Source: Acidimicrobiia bacterium | Lineage (GTDB): Bacteria; Actinomycetota; Acidimicrobiia; Spongiisociales; UBA5794 | Reading direction: 5' to 3' | DNA: 64,000 bases | NCBI GenBank assembly: GCA_003235475.1 | Contig: QJWC01000116.1 | Location: 29-64,028, forward strand | Program-made: the position numbers and the translations under genes | The notes under the pieces: generated by a model | Database searches by the model: none | Seen by the model: the letters and a program-made list of their open reading frames with translations, nothing else | Told to the model about the DNA's origin: nothing | In this document: in pieces, positions 19,373 to 28,874 of the stretch | Numbering within the stretch: position 1 is the stretch's first letter | How the letters are laid out: each line of letters starts with the position of its first letter

Positions 19373-20947
19373 ATGCCCACCGACAACCAGCGCGACGCCG
19401 AACCGGGCGACGCGATGACCGAACCCGCCGACACCCAGGAACCATCAACCCCCGAGATGGCCGATGCTGTGGCCGCCGAGACCGCCGAGGTCGAGGCTGT
19501 CGCGGAAGAGGCGATCGAGGAAGCAGCTGAAGCCGCCGAGGAGGCAGCGGAGGCCCTGACCGACGCGTCGGTCGACGATGGCGAAACCGGTGATCAGGAC
19601 GGGGATGGGCAGCCAACCTCCGAAGCAGACGCAGAGGAAGCTGAGGAGGCCGAGGAGACGCGACCGGCCCCAAGGGGCGACCGTCCTGCGATCAGCGCTC
19701 CCAAGACGATCGGCGATGTGCCGAACGACATGAGCGCTGACGATTTCGCAGCCGCGATCGAGCAAACGGTCTTCGAGTTCAAAGAAGGCGACATCGTCGC
19801 CGGCACCGTGGTCCGCGTCGATCCGGACGAGGTATTGGTCGACATCGGCTACAAGTCCGAAGGCGTCATCCCTCCGTACGAGCTCTCCGTTCGCAACAAC
19901 TCGAACCCCTCCGAGATCGTGTCCGTCGGCGATGAGATCGAGGCATTGGTCCTCCAGAAGGAGGACGATCAAGGCCGTCTCGTCCTGTCGAAGAAGCGTG
20001 CCCAGTACGAGCGGGCGTGGGGACGCATCGAGAACGTGATGAACGAGGGCGGCACCGTCACGGGACACGTGATCGAGGTGGTCAAGGGTGGCCTCATCGT
20101 CGATATCGGCCTTCGTGGGTTCCTTCCGGCATCGCTCGTCGACCTCCGTCGCGTTCGGGATCTCCAGCCATTCGTGGGCGAGCCGATCGAGGCGAAGGTC
20201 ATCGAACTCGACCGTAACCGCAACAATGTGGTGCTTTCGCGCAGGGCGTACCTCGAAGAGGAGCAGGCCGAACAGCGCCACGCCTTCCTCGACGACCTGA
20301 AGGAAGGCGACGTCCGGGAGGGTGTTGTCTCCAGCGTCGTGAACTTCGGCGCATTCGTCGACCTCGGGGGCATGGACGGCCTCGTACACGTGTCAGAGCT
20401 GTCGTGGCGCCATGTGAACCATCCGGGCGAGATCGTGACGGTCGGTGACAAGGTGAGAGTCAAGGTTCTCGACGTTGACCACGGCAAGGAGCGCATCTCG
20501 CTTTCGATCCGCCAAACGGCCGAGGATCCGTGGGAAACCTTCGCCCGTGACGCCTCCGTCGGGTCCGTCGTCGAGGGCAAGGTGACCAAGACCGTGCCCT
20601 TCGGAGCGTTCGTATCCGTGGGGGATGGAGTCGAGGGCCTGGTGCATGTGTCGGAAATCGCCGCGCATCACGTCGAGAGCCCGGAACTCGAACTGTCGAT
20701 CGGGCAGGAAGTAAACGTAAAGGTCACCGAGATCGATGCCGACAGACGTCGAGTGAGCCTGTCCATAAAGCAGGCACTTCCGGAATGGGAGGAGCGCTCG
20801 TCGTGGAGCGAACGAAAGCCAACGCGTCCCCGTCGAAGGGAATTCGAACGTGAGGACGAAACACCCGATGCCCCAAGCTTTTCTGCAGACTCGTCTCTCG
20901 AGGCCATCCTGCAGGAGCTCAAGGAACGCGGTATCGGCCGTTCCTGA
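19373..20947 (+). CDS. rpsA: 30S ribosomal protein S1 with a long acidic N-terminal extension
   Basis: four S1 repeats (DIGYKSEGVIP, GFLPASLVD, DGLVHVSELSW, EGLVHVSE); AAGGAG upstream. Confidence 0.95.
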   Translation: MPTDNQRDAEPGDAMTEPADTQEPSTPEMADAVAAETAEVEAVAEEAIEEAAEAAEEAAEALTDASVDDGETGDQDGDGQPTSEADAEEAEEAEETRPAPRGDRPAISAPKTIGDVPNDMSADDFAAAIEQTVFEFKEGDIVAGTVVRVDPDEVLVDIGYKSEGVIPPYELSVRNNSNPSEIVSVGDEIEALVLQKEDDQGRLVLSKKRAQYERAWGRIENVMNEGGTVTGHVIEVVKGGLIVDIGLRGFLPASLVDLRRVRDLQPFVGEPIEAKVIELDRNRNNVVLSRRAYLEEEQAEQRHAFLDDLKEGDVREGVVSSVVNFGAFVDLGGMDGLVHVSELSWRHVNHPGEIVTVGDKVRVKVLDVDHGKERISLSIRQTAEDPWETFARDASVGSVVEGKVTKTVPFGAFVSVGDGVEGLVHVSEIAAHHVESPELELSIGQEVNVKVTEIDADRRRVSLSIKQALPEWEERSSWSERKPTRPRRREFEREDETPDAPSFSADSSLEAILQELKERGIGRS

Positions 20948-21062
20948 GCGCGAGATCCTTGACCCTCGTCGGGTCGATGTGGGAACCTTCGCCGACCGCG
21001 ATCGAGATGCACACGCGCCTCGTACGCCGTTGTCGTCTTATTTCATGGGGAGGAGCGACTGA

Positions 21063-22052
21063 ATGGGCCGCCGAACACTTGTACTCGTCATCGCGGTCGC
21101 GCTCGCGGCGATCTCTGGTCTGGCCATCTGGCAATATTTGAGGGGCGTTGAGGGCGGCATCCGCTCCGACATCTCCGAGGTGTCCGTTTTCCGGGCAATG
21201 GAGAACATCCCAGCGGGCACCCCTGGTGAGGAAGCTCGCGCCCTCATCGAGGAGAGCACCGCACTACGCGAAGCCGTCGCCTTCGACGGTTCGACCATCA
21301 TCTGCACGGGTGCCGCAGGCGACAACGCCTCGGAAGACCCGGCGAAGTTCGGATGTCTCGGCAACCCGAATGATCTGAATGTCGTGCTCAACGGCAACGT
21401 TGCCGCGGGGCCGATCGCCAAAGGTCAGCTCATCGCGTCCTCGTCCTTCGCGGACACAAGAGACCTGCAGCAGCGCCTCAAGGACGCGATCGCCCCAGGC
21501 AAGGTCGCGATCTCGATCGAGGCGACGGTTGCTGGCGCAAGCGGCGGGTTCATCCGTCCGGGTGACAATGTCAACATCCTCGCTTCGGCGACGCTTTCAC
21601 CTTCGAGCTTCCTCGAGATCATCTCGAATGACGAGCTCAGGGACCTTCTCGTGACGATCGAAACCGATCCCAACGCCGAACCGGTCGACCCGAACGCGCC
21701 CGACGAGGCGGCCGGACCGGACAACCTGGCGTCAGCAATCGCCGGTTCCTACGACGTCACGCAGACGATCCTCCAGAACGTCCAGGTGCTTGCCGTCGGC
21801 GAGGACACGCGTCCTGCGCCGCTCGAGTCCGGGCTCACGGCGGTCGCCGGTGTCTTCGTCTTCGAGGTCACGCCCCAGCAGGCAGAGCTGATCGAGTATG
21901 CACGCCAGTACACGACGATCTCACTGTCATTGCTCCCAGCAGGCGATTACGTGACATATGATTCGCAGCCGATCGTGGTGGATGACATCTTCACCCTGCT
22001 CGATCGCATCGAAGCTGAACTGGGTCAGGTGAGTAGTGGCACAGGAAACTGA
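21063..22052 (+). CDS. cpaB: Flp pilus assembly protein CpaB/RcpC
   Basis: N-terminal TM, GFIRPGDNVNIL, ILQNVQVLAVG, VTPQQAE; first gene of tad cluster. Confidence 0.88.
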   Translation: MGRRTLVLVIAVALAAISGLAIWQYLRGVEGGIRSDISEVSVFRAMENIPAGTPGEEARALIEESTALREAVAFDGSTIICTGAAGDNASEDPAKFGCLGNPNDLNVVLNGNVAAGPIAKGQLIASSSFADTRDLQQRLKDAIAPGKVAISIEATVAGASGGFIRPGDNVNILASATLSPSSFLEIISNDELRDLLVTIETDPNAEPVDPNAPDEAAGPDNLASAIAGSYDVTQTILQNVQVLAVGEDTRPAPLESGLTAVAGVFVFEVTPQQAELIEYARQYTTISLSLLPAGDYVTYDSQPIVVDDIFTLLDRIEAELGQVSSGTGN

Positions 22053-23229
22053 GAGCACGAGGTCGATTCTCGTAGTCGACACCGATACGGCGGCGATGGA
22101 CGCCGCCGTATCGCTTCTCGACGGCCACAAGGTCTATCAGGCACGCAACGTCTCCGACGCGCAGCGTAAGCTGGTCGAGGAGGGGATCGAGCTCGCGATC
22201 ATCGGGCCGGGCTTCGCCCATGAGGCTGGCGTCCACGAGGCGAGCCTCCTGCTCGACATCCAGCCGACGCTCCCGATCGTCCTCGTCGCGGACGGGCTCA
22301 CCACCGACGTCCTCCGTGCGGCGATCCGCGTCGGTTTCAAGGATGTGGTCGACGCACCGTTGAATCAGTCGAAGGTCGATTCGATGTTGAAGCACATCGA
22401 GCGTGCCGCCGCCATCTCGTCCGGCGACATCCGCCCGAAGACGAAGATCGGCAAGGTCATCACCGTCATGTCTCCGAAGGGCGGCGCAGGCAAGACGATG
22501 ACGTCCGCGAATGTCGGCCTGGCACTGGCGATGATGACGGACAGGCCCGAACGGGTCGTCATCATGGACGCGGACCTCCAGTTCGGCGACATCTGCATCT
22601 CGCTCCAGGTCGAACCCCAGCACACGATCGTCGACGCCGCCAGGGACATCGACAAGCTCGACGAGCCGTTGCTGGACTCCCTGCTCGCGACCCACACCTC
22701 GGGGATGCGGGTTCTCTCGGCGCCGCTCGAGCCTTCGTTGGCTGACGAGGTGTCCACCCAGGTCGTCGTGAAGACGCTCGGCATGCTCAAGCGGATGTTC
22801 GACTACGTCATCATCGACACGGCACCGTTCCTCGACGAGCCGGTGCTGTCCATCCTCGAGCGGTCGGACGTCGTGCTCCTCGTGGTGGACATGGACCTGC
22901 CAGCTGTCAAGAACGCAAAGCTCGCGCTCGACACGCTGAAACTCATCAAGTTCCCGTTCGAGAAGATGAAGCTGATCCTCAACAGGGTCAACTCGAAGGC
23001 GCGCCTCGACATCGGCGAGCTCGAGCGGTCGCTCGGTCTCGAGGTCCAAGCCGCGATCAGCTCCGACAAGCTCGTGCCGCGGGCCGTCAACGAGGGCGAG
23101 CCGGTCGTGAGCCTCTACCCGCGGTCGCGGGTCGCAAAGGACCTCCGCAACGTTGCCAGCCTCGTGGTCGACGGGCATGTGGAGATCGAAGATCCCGAGG
23201 ACGAACCCAAGCGCGGTTGGTTCCGCTGA
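22036..23229 (+). CDS. cpaE: CpaE/TadZ-type receiver + MinD-like ATPase
   Basis: SPKGGAGKT, DADLQFGD, IIDT. Confidence 0.88.
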   Translation: MAQETESTRSILVVDTDTAAMDAAVSLLDGHKVYQARNVSDAQRKLVEEGIELAIIGPGFAHEAGVHEASLLLDIQPTLPIVLVADGLTTDVLRAAIRVGFKDVVDAPLNQSKVDSMLKHIERAAAISSGDIRPKTKIGKVITVMSPKGGAGKTMTSANVGLALAMMTDRPERVVIMDADLQFGDICISLQVEPQHTIVDAARDIDKLDEPLLDSLLATHTSGMRVLSAPLEPSLADEVSTQVVVKTLGMLKRMFDYVIIDTAPFLDEPVLSILERSDVVLLVVDMDLPAVKNAKLALDTLKLIKFPFEKMKLILNRVNSKARLDIGELERSLGLEVQAAISSDKLVPRAVNEGEPVVSLYPRSRVAKDLRNVASLVVDGHVEIEDPEDEPKRGWFR

Positions 23230-23265
23230 TCGAGCGCACGCCAGGGCGCAGGAAGGAACATACGC

Positions 23266-24615
23266 ATGAGCCTCGCAGACAGGGTCAAAGCCGCAAAGTC
23301 GGCCGACACGACAACTGAAACCCTCAGGGACGAAGTCCGGAGCGACCTCCGCCGCAAGCTGCACTACAAGGTGGTCGAGGGCCTCGGCCCGACGCTGTAC
23401 AACGCGCAGATGTCAGACGCGGAGCTGAAGCTTCGCGTCATGGAGATGCTCGAGTGGGCGCTCGAACAGGAGCAGTCGGTCCCCCTCGCGCGCACCGACC
23501 GCCTTGCCCTTCTCCAGGAGATCGCCGACGACGTCCTCGGCTACGGGCCTATCGACCCGTACCTGGCGGACCCGGAAGTCACCGAGGTCATGGTCAACGG
23601 GCCGCACGCGGTCTGGGTCGAGCGCGCTGGTCGCATCTACAAGACCGAGACACGCTTCGTCGACGCAAACCACCTCGAGCGAATCATCGAGAAGATCGTC
23701 GGCCAGGTGGGTCGCCGCATCGATGAGTCCACCCCGATGGTCGATGCCCGCCTGCCTGACGGCTCCCGCGTGAACGCCATCATCCACCCGCTCGCGATCG
23801 GCGGGCCGTATGTGACGATCCGAAAGTTCGCCGTCGATCCGTTCACCGTGGAAGACCTCGTCGCGAACGACTCCATGAGCGAGCAGGTGGCCGGCCTGTT
23901 GAAGCGGTGTGTCGAGGGCAAGCTCAACATCATCGTGTCGGGTGCGACGGGTTCCGGCAAGACGACGCTCCTCAACGTGCTGTCAAACTTCATCCCCGCG
24001 AACGAACGCATCATCACGGTTGAGGACGCGGCTGAGGTGCAGCTGAACCAGACACACGTCCTGACGCTCGAGTCGCGCCCGACCAACCTCGAGGGCAAGG
24101 GGGAGGTCACGATCCGCGACCTGGTGCGCAACACGCTGCGTATGCGTCCCGACCGCATCATCGTCGGTGAGGTTCGCGGCGGCGAGGCGCTCGACATGCT
24201 CCAGGCCATGAACACGGGTCACGACGGATCGCTCACGACGGTGCACTCCAACGCACCTCGCGACACCCTCGCTCGTATCGAGACGATGGTGCTGATGGCT
24301 GGCATGGACCTTCCAGTCCGTGCCATCCGTGAGCAGGTTGCGTCGGCGATCGATCTGATCGTCCACGTCCACAGGCTCAGGGACGGCACGAGACGCGTGA
24401 CGTACGTCACAGAGGTCGTCGGCATGGAGGGTGACATCATCACGCTCCAGGACCTCATGCTGTTCGACTACGGCATGGGCGTCGACGAGGACGGCAAGTA
24501 TGTGGGCCGGCTGAAGGCCACGGGTATCCGACCTACGTTCTCCGAGCACCTCGAGAACTACGGCATCAACCTGCCAGCCGAGCTGTTCCATCCGGAGCCG
24601 TTCGCACGACGATGA
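23266..24615 (+). CDS. cpaF: Tad pilus assembly ATPase CpaF/TadA
   Basis: DARLPDGSRVN, GATGSGKTT, LRMRPDRIIVGEVRG, AMNTGHDGS. Confidence 0.96.
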   Translation: MSLADRVKAAKSADTTTETLRDEVRSDLRRKLHYKVVEGLGPTLYNAQMSDAELKLRVMEMLEWALEQEQSVPLARTDRLALLQEIADDVLGYGPIDPYLADPEVTEVMVNGPHAVWVERAGRIYKTETRFVDANHLERIIEKIVGQVGRRIDESTPMVDARLPDGSRVNAIIHPLAIGGPYVTIRKFAVDPFTVEDLVANDSMSEQVAGLLKRCVEGKLNIIVSGATGSGKTTLLNVLSNFIPANERIITVEDAAEVQLNQTHVLTLESRPTNLEGKGEVTIRDLVRNTLRMRPDRIIVGEVRGGEALDMLQAMNTGHDGSLTTVHSNAPRDTLARIETMVLMAGMDLPVRAIREQVASAIDLIVHVHRLRDGTRRVTYVTEVVGMEGDIITLQDLMLFDYGMGVDEDGKYVGRLKATGIRPTFSEHLENYGINLPAELFHPEPFARR

Positions 24616-25661
24616 GACGCTTGGCCCCCCTCGGACTCGGATTGGGCCTTGTCGCCGCGGCATCTCCCGCCTCGGCACAGACTGCCGCGGAGCCAGCGGT
24701 CAGCTCATCACTGATGTTGATGCTGGCAGCAATAGGTGCCTCCGTGGCAGTGTTCCTGCTCGTGATCATCCTTCTCGGGAAGGGAAGGGCGGTCGGCACG
24801 GTTCAAGGTCGCCTTGGCGGCCCGCCCGGCTCGTCACCGACCGGGGGTCTCTTCGGAAAGGTTCCATTCCTGCGCCGTGCGGCACGGCAGGCCGAGAGCG
24901 CCGCGCATCAGCGCGGCGCGACGAGCATGATCGAGTCCGCGCTCGAGCAGGCGAACATCCCGCTCAAGGCCGGCGAAGCGATCATCGCGGCGCTCGGCGT
25001 CGCGATCATCGGGTTCGTGCTCGTGAGCGCGGTCACGCGGTCGTTCCTGTGGGGAGCGGCCGTCGGTGCGGTGGTGCTCGTGGGCTCGCTGATGTTCGTG
25101 AACAACGTCGCGGCACGTATGAAGAAGAAATTCGAGACGCAACTGCCTGACACGCTCAACTTGCTGGCCACGTCGCTCCGTGCCGGGTATTCCCTGCTTC
25201 AGGCGATCGAGGCCGTCGGCGAGGAAGCCCCAGAACCGACACGCAGGGAGTTCGGCAGGGCCATGGCCGAGATCCGGCTCGGGCGCCCGATCAACGACGC
25301 CATGAGCGACATTGCCGAACGAATGGCGTCCCGTGACTTCGAATGGACCGTCATGGCGATGGCGATCCAGAGGGAGGTCGGCGGAAACCTGGCCGAAGTG
25401 CTCCAGACGACGGCCGAAACGATGGTGCAACGGAACCGCTTGCGCCGCGAGATGAAGGCACTCACCGCAGAGGGCCGCATCTCGGCGATCGTGCTTTCGA
25501 TCATGCCCTTCGGCCTCTTTGGGTTCATCTGGTTCGCGAATCCCGAGTACATCCAGCCGCTCCTCAGCAACACGATCGGCATCGTCGTCATCGGTGCGGG
25601 GATCCTGTTCATCGGAGTCGGCATCTTCTGGATGTCGCGCATTGTGAAGGTGGATGCCTGA
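24612..25661 (+). CDS. tadB: TadB-type inner membrane platform protein (T2SS F family)
   Basis: QLPDTL...SLRAGYSL, IQREVGGNLAEVL, TAEGRISA. Confidence 0.92.
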   Translation: MRRLAPLGLGLGLVAAASPASAQTAAEPAVSSSLMLMLAAIGASVAVFLLVIILLGKGRAVGTVQGRLGGPPGSSPTGGLFGKVPFLRRAARQAESAAHQRGATSMIESALEQANIPLKAGEAIIAALGVAIIGFVLVSAVTRSFLWGAAVGAVVLVGSLMFVNNVAARMKKKFETQLPDTLNLLATSLRAGYSLLQAIEAVGEEAPEPTRREFGRAMAEIRLGRPINDAMSDIAERMASRDFEWTVMAMAIQREVGGNLAEVLQTTAETMVQRNRLRREMKALTAEGRISAIVLSIMPFGLFGFIWFANPEYIQPLLSNTIGIVVIGAGILFIGVGIFWMSRIVKVDA

Positions 25662-26572
25662 TGTCGTTGCCCATCTCTGATCTCATGTTCGTGGTCTTGT
25701 CGGTGAGCGTGACCGTTCTCGCCTTGGCGTACTACGTCGGTAACGGCGTGTTGAAGTCGCAGAAGCAGTCGGTGAGCCGTCTCGCGAGCCTCCAGACCCG
25801 CGACGACATCCTCGACCAGGACTTCTCGGCTCGAGCCGTCGCGCCGGTGATGCAGGGCCTCGGCCGCTTCGCCCTCCGATTCACGCCGACCGGCTGGGTC
25901 GAGAAATCCCAGAAGAAGTTGATCCACGCCGGGTGGTCTGAGCGACTCGACGGGAACTCGTGGGCCGCCATCCGCATCATCGCGATGATCGGCGGTGTCG
26001 TTCTCATGATCGTGGCCGTTCCCCTCATGGATCCGGGCATGATGAGGTGGTTCGTGGGGATCACATGTCTCGTCATCGGTTTCTACGGGCCAGAGGCTTC
26101 GCTCAACCGTGCGATCGACGACCGGCGCAAGAGCATGGAGCGACAGCTGCCTGACATCATCGACCTCCTCGTCATCTCGGTCGAGGCAGGCCTCGGGTTC
26201 GAAGCTGCGATGGGAAGGGTCGTGCAGAACGTTCCGGGCGACCTTGCGCAGGAGTTCCAGCGAACCCTCCAGGAGACCCGTGTCGGCGTGAGCCGGCATG
26301 AGGCGTTCCGGAACCTCTCGGAGCGAACAGATGTCGAGGACCTCCACTCGTTCATCCTTGCGATCATCCAGGCCGACCAGTTCGGTGTCTCGATCGCCCG
26401 CATGCTTCGCGTGCAGGCGGACGAGATGCGCGTGCGGCGGCGCCAGCGCATCCAGGAGAAGGCGTTTGCTGCTCCCGTCAAGATGATCTTCCCGATGTTG
26501 CTGTGCATCTTCCCCTCGATCTTCATCGTGATCGTGGGACCCGCAGCGATCAACATCAGCAGGGCTCTCTGA
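25661..26572 (+). CDS. tadC: TadC-type inner membrane platform protein (T2SS F family)
   Basis: LPDIIDLLVISVEAGLGF, QADQFGVSI, KMIFPMLLCIFP. Confidence 0.92.
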   Translation: MSLPISDLMFVVLSVSVTVLALAYYVGNGVLKSQKQSVSRLASLQTRDDILDQDFSARAVAPVMQGLGRFALRFTPTGWVEKSQKKLIHAGWSERLDGNSWAAIRIIAMIGGVVLMIVAVPLMDPGMMRWFVGITCLVIGFYGPEASLNRAIDDRRKSMERQLPDIIDLLVISVEAGLGFEAAMGRVVQNVPGDLAQEFQRTLQETRVGVSRHEAFRNLSERTDVEDLHSFILAIIQADQFGVSIARMLRVQADEMRVRRRQRIQEKAFAAPVKMIFPMLLCIFPSIFIVIVGPAAINISRAL

Positions 26573-26578
26573 TCCCAC

Positions 26579-27937
26579 GTGTCGGACGGCGGCACACCCG
26601 GACCACGCGGCCTTCGGTTGGTGCACATTGCGCCCCTTGTCCCGCTGCTCATCATTTCGGCAGTTGCGAGCAGGCACATCCTCGACAACTCCTTCCTGTG
26701 GCACATCAGAGCGGGATCCCACCAGATCGACATCGGCAGGGTCCTGACCGAGGATCCGTTCTCGTTCCGTACGGTCGGTCAAGCGTGGCGAACACAGTCG
26801 TGGCTCGCTGAGCTGCTCTACGCGTGGCTCGAATCGCTCTTCGGCTCGCTCGCGTGGGTGAACTGGATGACCTTCGTCACCGCCGGCCTCGTCATGCTGT
26901 TCGCTGGAATCGCCGTCTACCGCAACGTGAAGTCTCCCGTCGTGACGGGTTTCGTCCTCGTGGTGACGGCATGGCTCATGGGGCCGTTCGTGCAGCCGAG
27001 ACCGGTGATCTTCTCGTTCCTCCTCCTGGCAATGCTCGTCGTCGTGTTGCAGCACCGCGAGACACTCGCGTGGGCGGTCATCCCGATCATCTGGTTGTGG
27101 GCAGGGATCCATGGGTCGTGGGTGCTCGGCGGTGCCCTCGTCTTCCTCGAGTGGATCCGGACGAAGGACCGCAAGCTGTTGTTCGCGGGCGCGGCTGCGG
27201 GGCTCGCGACGCTCGCGACGGCCCACGGGTTCGGTACCTGGGAGATCGTGCTCGACTTCTTCAGGTCCCGTGATGCACTCGCTCTGATGGAGGAGTGGAA
27301 GGCTCCCGAGTTCGGCGACGTCGTCCAGGCGCCCTATTTCTTGGTCATGGTCGGACTGATCGTGGCCGGCATCCGCGGGAAGGTTTCGATTCGCGATCTC
27401 ATCGTGATCGTGCCGTTTCTGTTCTTCGGCCTGACATCGAGGCGCGCCGTCGTTCCCGCAGCCATCATCCTGATTCCGTGGGCGGCGCTCTGCCTTCCCG
27501 AGCTCAAGCCGTCGAACCTCCGGTTCGGGAAGCCCCTCGTCGTGGCCGGGATGACGGCTCTGGCCGTCCTCGCAATATCCCCGATGTTCATCGCACCGCT
27601 TGGTGTGCTCGACAGCGAACGGTTCCCGAGCAGGGCGATCGTCGAGGCGATGGGCTCCGACAGGGCCTTCCACGACGACGCGTCTGGCGGGTATCTGATC
27701 GCAGCCGAGTGGCCCGAGCGGCTCGTGTATGTCGATGATCGCGCGGAGCTCTTCGGTGTCGACGGCCTGAAGCCGTTCCACGACATCAGGGCTGGCAAGT
27801 ACGCGGAGGAGTTCGAGAAGTGGGGCATCGACGTTGCCCTGGTTCGTCCCGACTGGGACCTCTACGACCGGCTGACCGAGGACGGCTGGACCATCAGGCT
27901 CGAGGACGAGTACTTCGCGGTCTTCGAACGCCCGTAG
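26579..27937 (+). CDS. polytopic membrane protein, possible GT-C-fold glycosyltransferase
   Basis: DNSFLWHIRAG in first loop, DPFSF, WAGIHGSW, YVDDRAELF; ~10 TM. Confidence 0.6.
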   Translation: MSDGGTPGPRGLRLVHIAPLVPLLIISAVASRHILDNSFLWHIRAGSHQIDIGRVLTEDPFSFRTVGQAWRTQSWLAELLYAWLESLFGSLAWVNWMTFVTAGLVMLFAGIAVYRNVKSPVVTGFVLVVTAWLMGPFVQPRPVIFSFLLLAMLVVVLQHRETLAWAVIPIIWLWAGIHGSWVLGGALVFLEWIRTKDRKLLFAGAAAGLATLATAHGFGTWEIVLDFFRSRDALALMEEWKAPEFGDVVQAPYFLVMVGLIVAGIRGKVSIRDLIVIVPFLFFGLTSRRAVVPAAIILIPWAALCLPELKPSNLRFGKPLVVAGMTALAVLAISPMFIAPLGVLDSERFPSRAIVEAMGSDRAFHDDASGGYLIAAEWPERLVYVDDRAELFGVDGLKPFHDIRAGKYAEEFEKWGIDVALVRPDWDLYDRLTEDGWTIRLEDEYFAVFERP

Positions 27938-27959
27938 GGGGCATGGGTCGAATGACCCA

Positions 27960-27985
27960 TCAAGTTTCCCCGAAAACTGCCGTTA
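27960..27985 (+). promoter_or_regulatory. putative sigma28/WhiG-like promoter of pilin copy 1
   Basis: TCAAG-N14-GCCGTTA. Confidence 0.45.
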
Positions 27986-28024
27986 AACGGGGTACGGATC
28001 GCCTTGTACGTAGGAGGTACAGAG

Positions 28025-28201
28025 ATGCTTCGTCTTTGGACGGCCTTCCAGAGCCGCATGGTACGAGATGAAGAGGGTGCCAGCATGGTGGAGTACGCCT
28101 TGCTCGTCGCGCTCATCGCAATCGTCGCAATCTTGGCAGTGACCGCAGTCGGTAAAGCTGTCTCGAGCAAGTTCGAAACCGTCAGCTCCTCGCTGGGTTA
28201 A
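28025..28201 (+). CDS. flp: Flp family type IVb pilin, complete copy 1
   Basis: RDEEG|ASMVEYALLVALIAIV Flp motif; AGGAGG RBS. Confidence 0.93.
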   Translation: MLRLWTAFQSRMVRDEEGASMVEYALLVALIAIVAILAVTAVGKAVSSKFETVSSSLG

Positions 28202-28220
28202 GAACTCGACACAAACAAGA

Positions 28221-28256
28221 CCGGAGGGAGGGGTGCACTGCGCTCCTCCTTCCCGG
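28221..28256 (+). terminator. hairpin after pilin copy 1
   Basis: CCGGAGGGAGGGGTGC...GCGCTCCTCCTTCCCGG. Confidence 0.65.
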
Positions 28257-28364
28257 CGTCTGCTCCGGAGAGGTCGCACGCTGAATGAGTCGCAAGACCT
28301 ATGGGATCCTGCGGACGGGTGCGTAGATTCCGAAGTGGATCGCCTTTACCCAGGAGGTACAGAA

Positions 28365-28505
28365 ATGCTTCGTCTTTGGACGGCCTTCCAGAGCCGCATC
28401 GTACGGGATGAAGAGGGTGCCAGCATGGTGGAGTACGCCTTGCTCGTCGCACTCATCGCAATCGTCGCAATCCTGGCCATTACCGCCGTCGGTAAGGCCG
28501 TGTCC
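28365..28505 (+). pseudogene. flp: Flp pilin copy 2, tail and stop missing as assembled
   Basis: near-identical to copy 1 up to GKAVS, then jumps to the 3' arm of a terminator-like hairpin (~70 bp missing vs copy 1). Confidence 0.75.
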
Positions 28506-28634
28506 GTTGCACTCCTCCTTTCCGCGTGTGGGCGTCGACGAGCCTCGTCGAATGAGCCGCCGGGCCTATGGGCACCTTGCGTCAACCTGCGTACATTGCA
28601 AGACGGATCGCCTTGTAAACCAGGAGGTAGAGAA

Positions 28635-28789
28635 ATGCTTCGTCTTTGGACGGCCTTCCAGAGCCGCATCGTACGGGATGAAGAGGGTGCCAGCATGGTG
28701 GAGTACGCCTTGCTCGTCGCACTCATCGCAATCGTCGCAATCCTGGCCATTACCGCCGTCGGTAAGGCCGTGTCCAGTCACTCGGCTAA
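28635..28789 (+). pseudogene. flp: Flp pilin copy 3, tail frameshifted as assembled
   Basis: 145 bp identical to copy 2; TCA CTC GGC TAA (SLG*) present but out of frame (~22 bp missing vs copy 1). Confidence 0.75.
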
Positions 28790-28812
28790 CCCGGGTCGAC
28801 ACAAACCAACCG

Positions 28813-28850
28813 GAAGGGAGAGCGCTGGTCGCTCTCCCTTCTTCCTTTTC
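28813..28850 (+). terminator. intrinsic terminator after pilin copy 3
   Basis: GAAGGGAGAGCG-CTGGT-CGCTCTCCCTTC followed by pyrimidine/T tract. Confidence 0.75.
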
Positions 28851-28874
28851 AGGGCCGACCCGTTCAGGCGCGAG

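Noticed and set aside
25199-27781. 860-aa minus-strand ORF (and similar long antisense ORFs such as 32060-33805)
   Set aside because: Shadow ORFs opposite well-supported genes, expected from high-GC codon bias
28025-28850. Diversity-generating retroelement or shufflon acting on the pilins
   Set aside because: No reverse transcriptase or recombinase in the window, no adenine-specific mismatch pattern, no inverted cassettes
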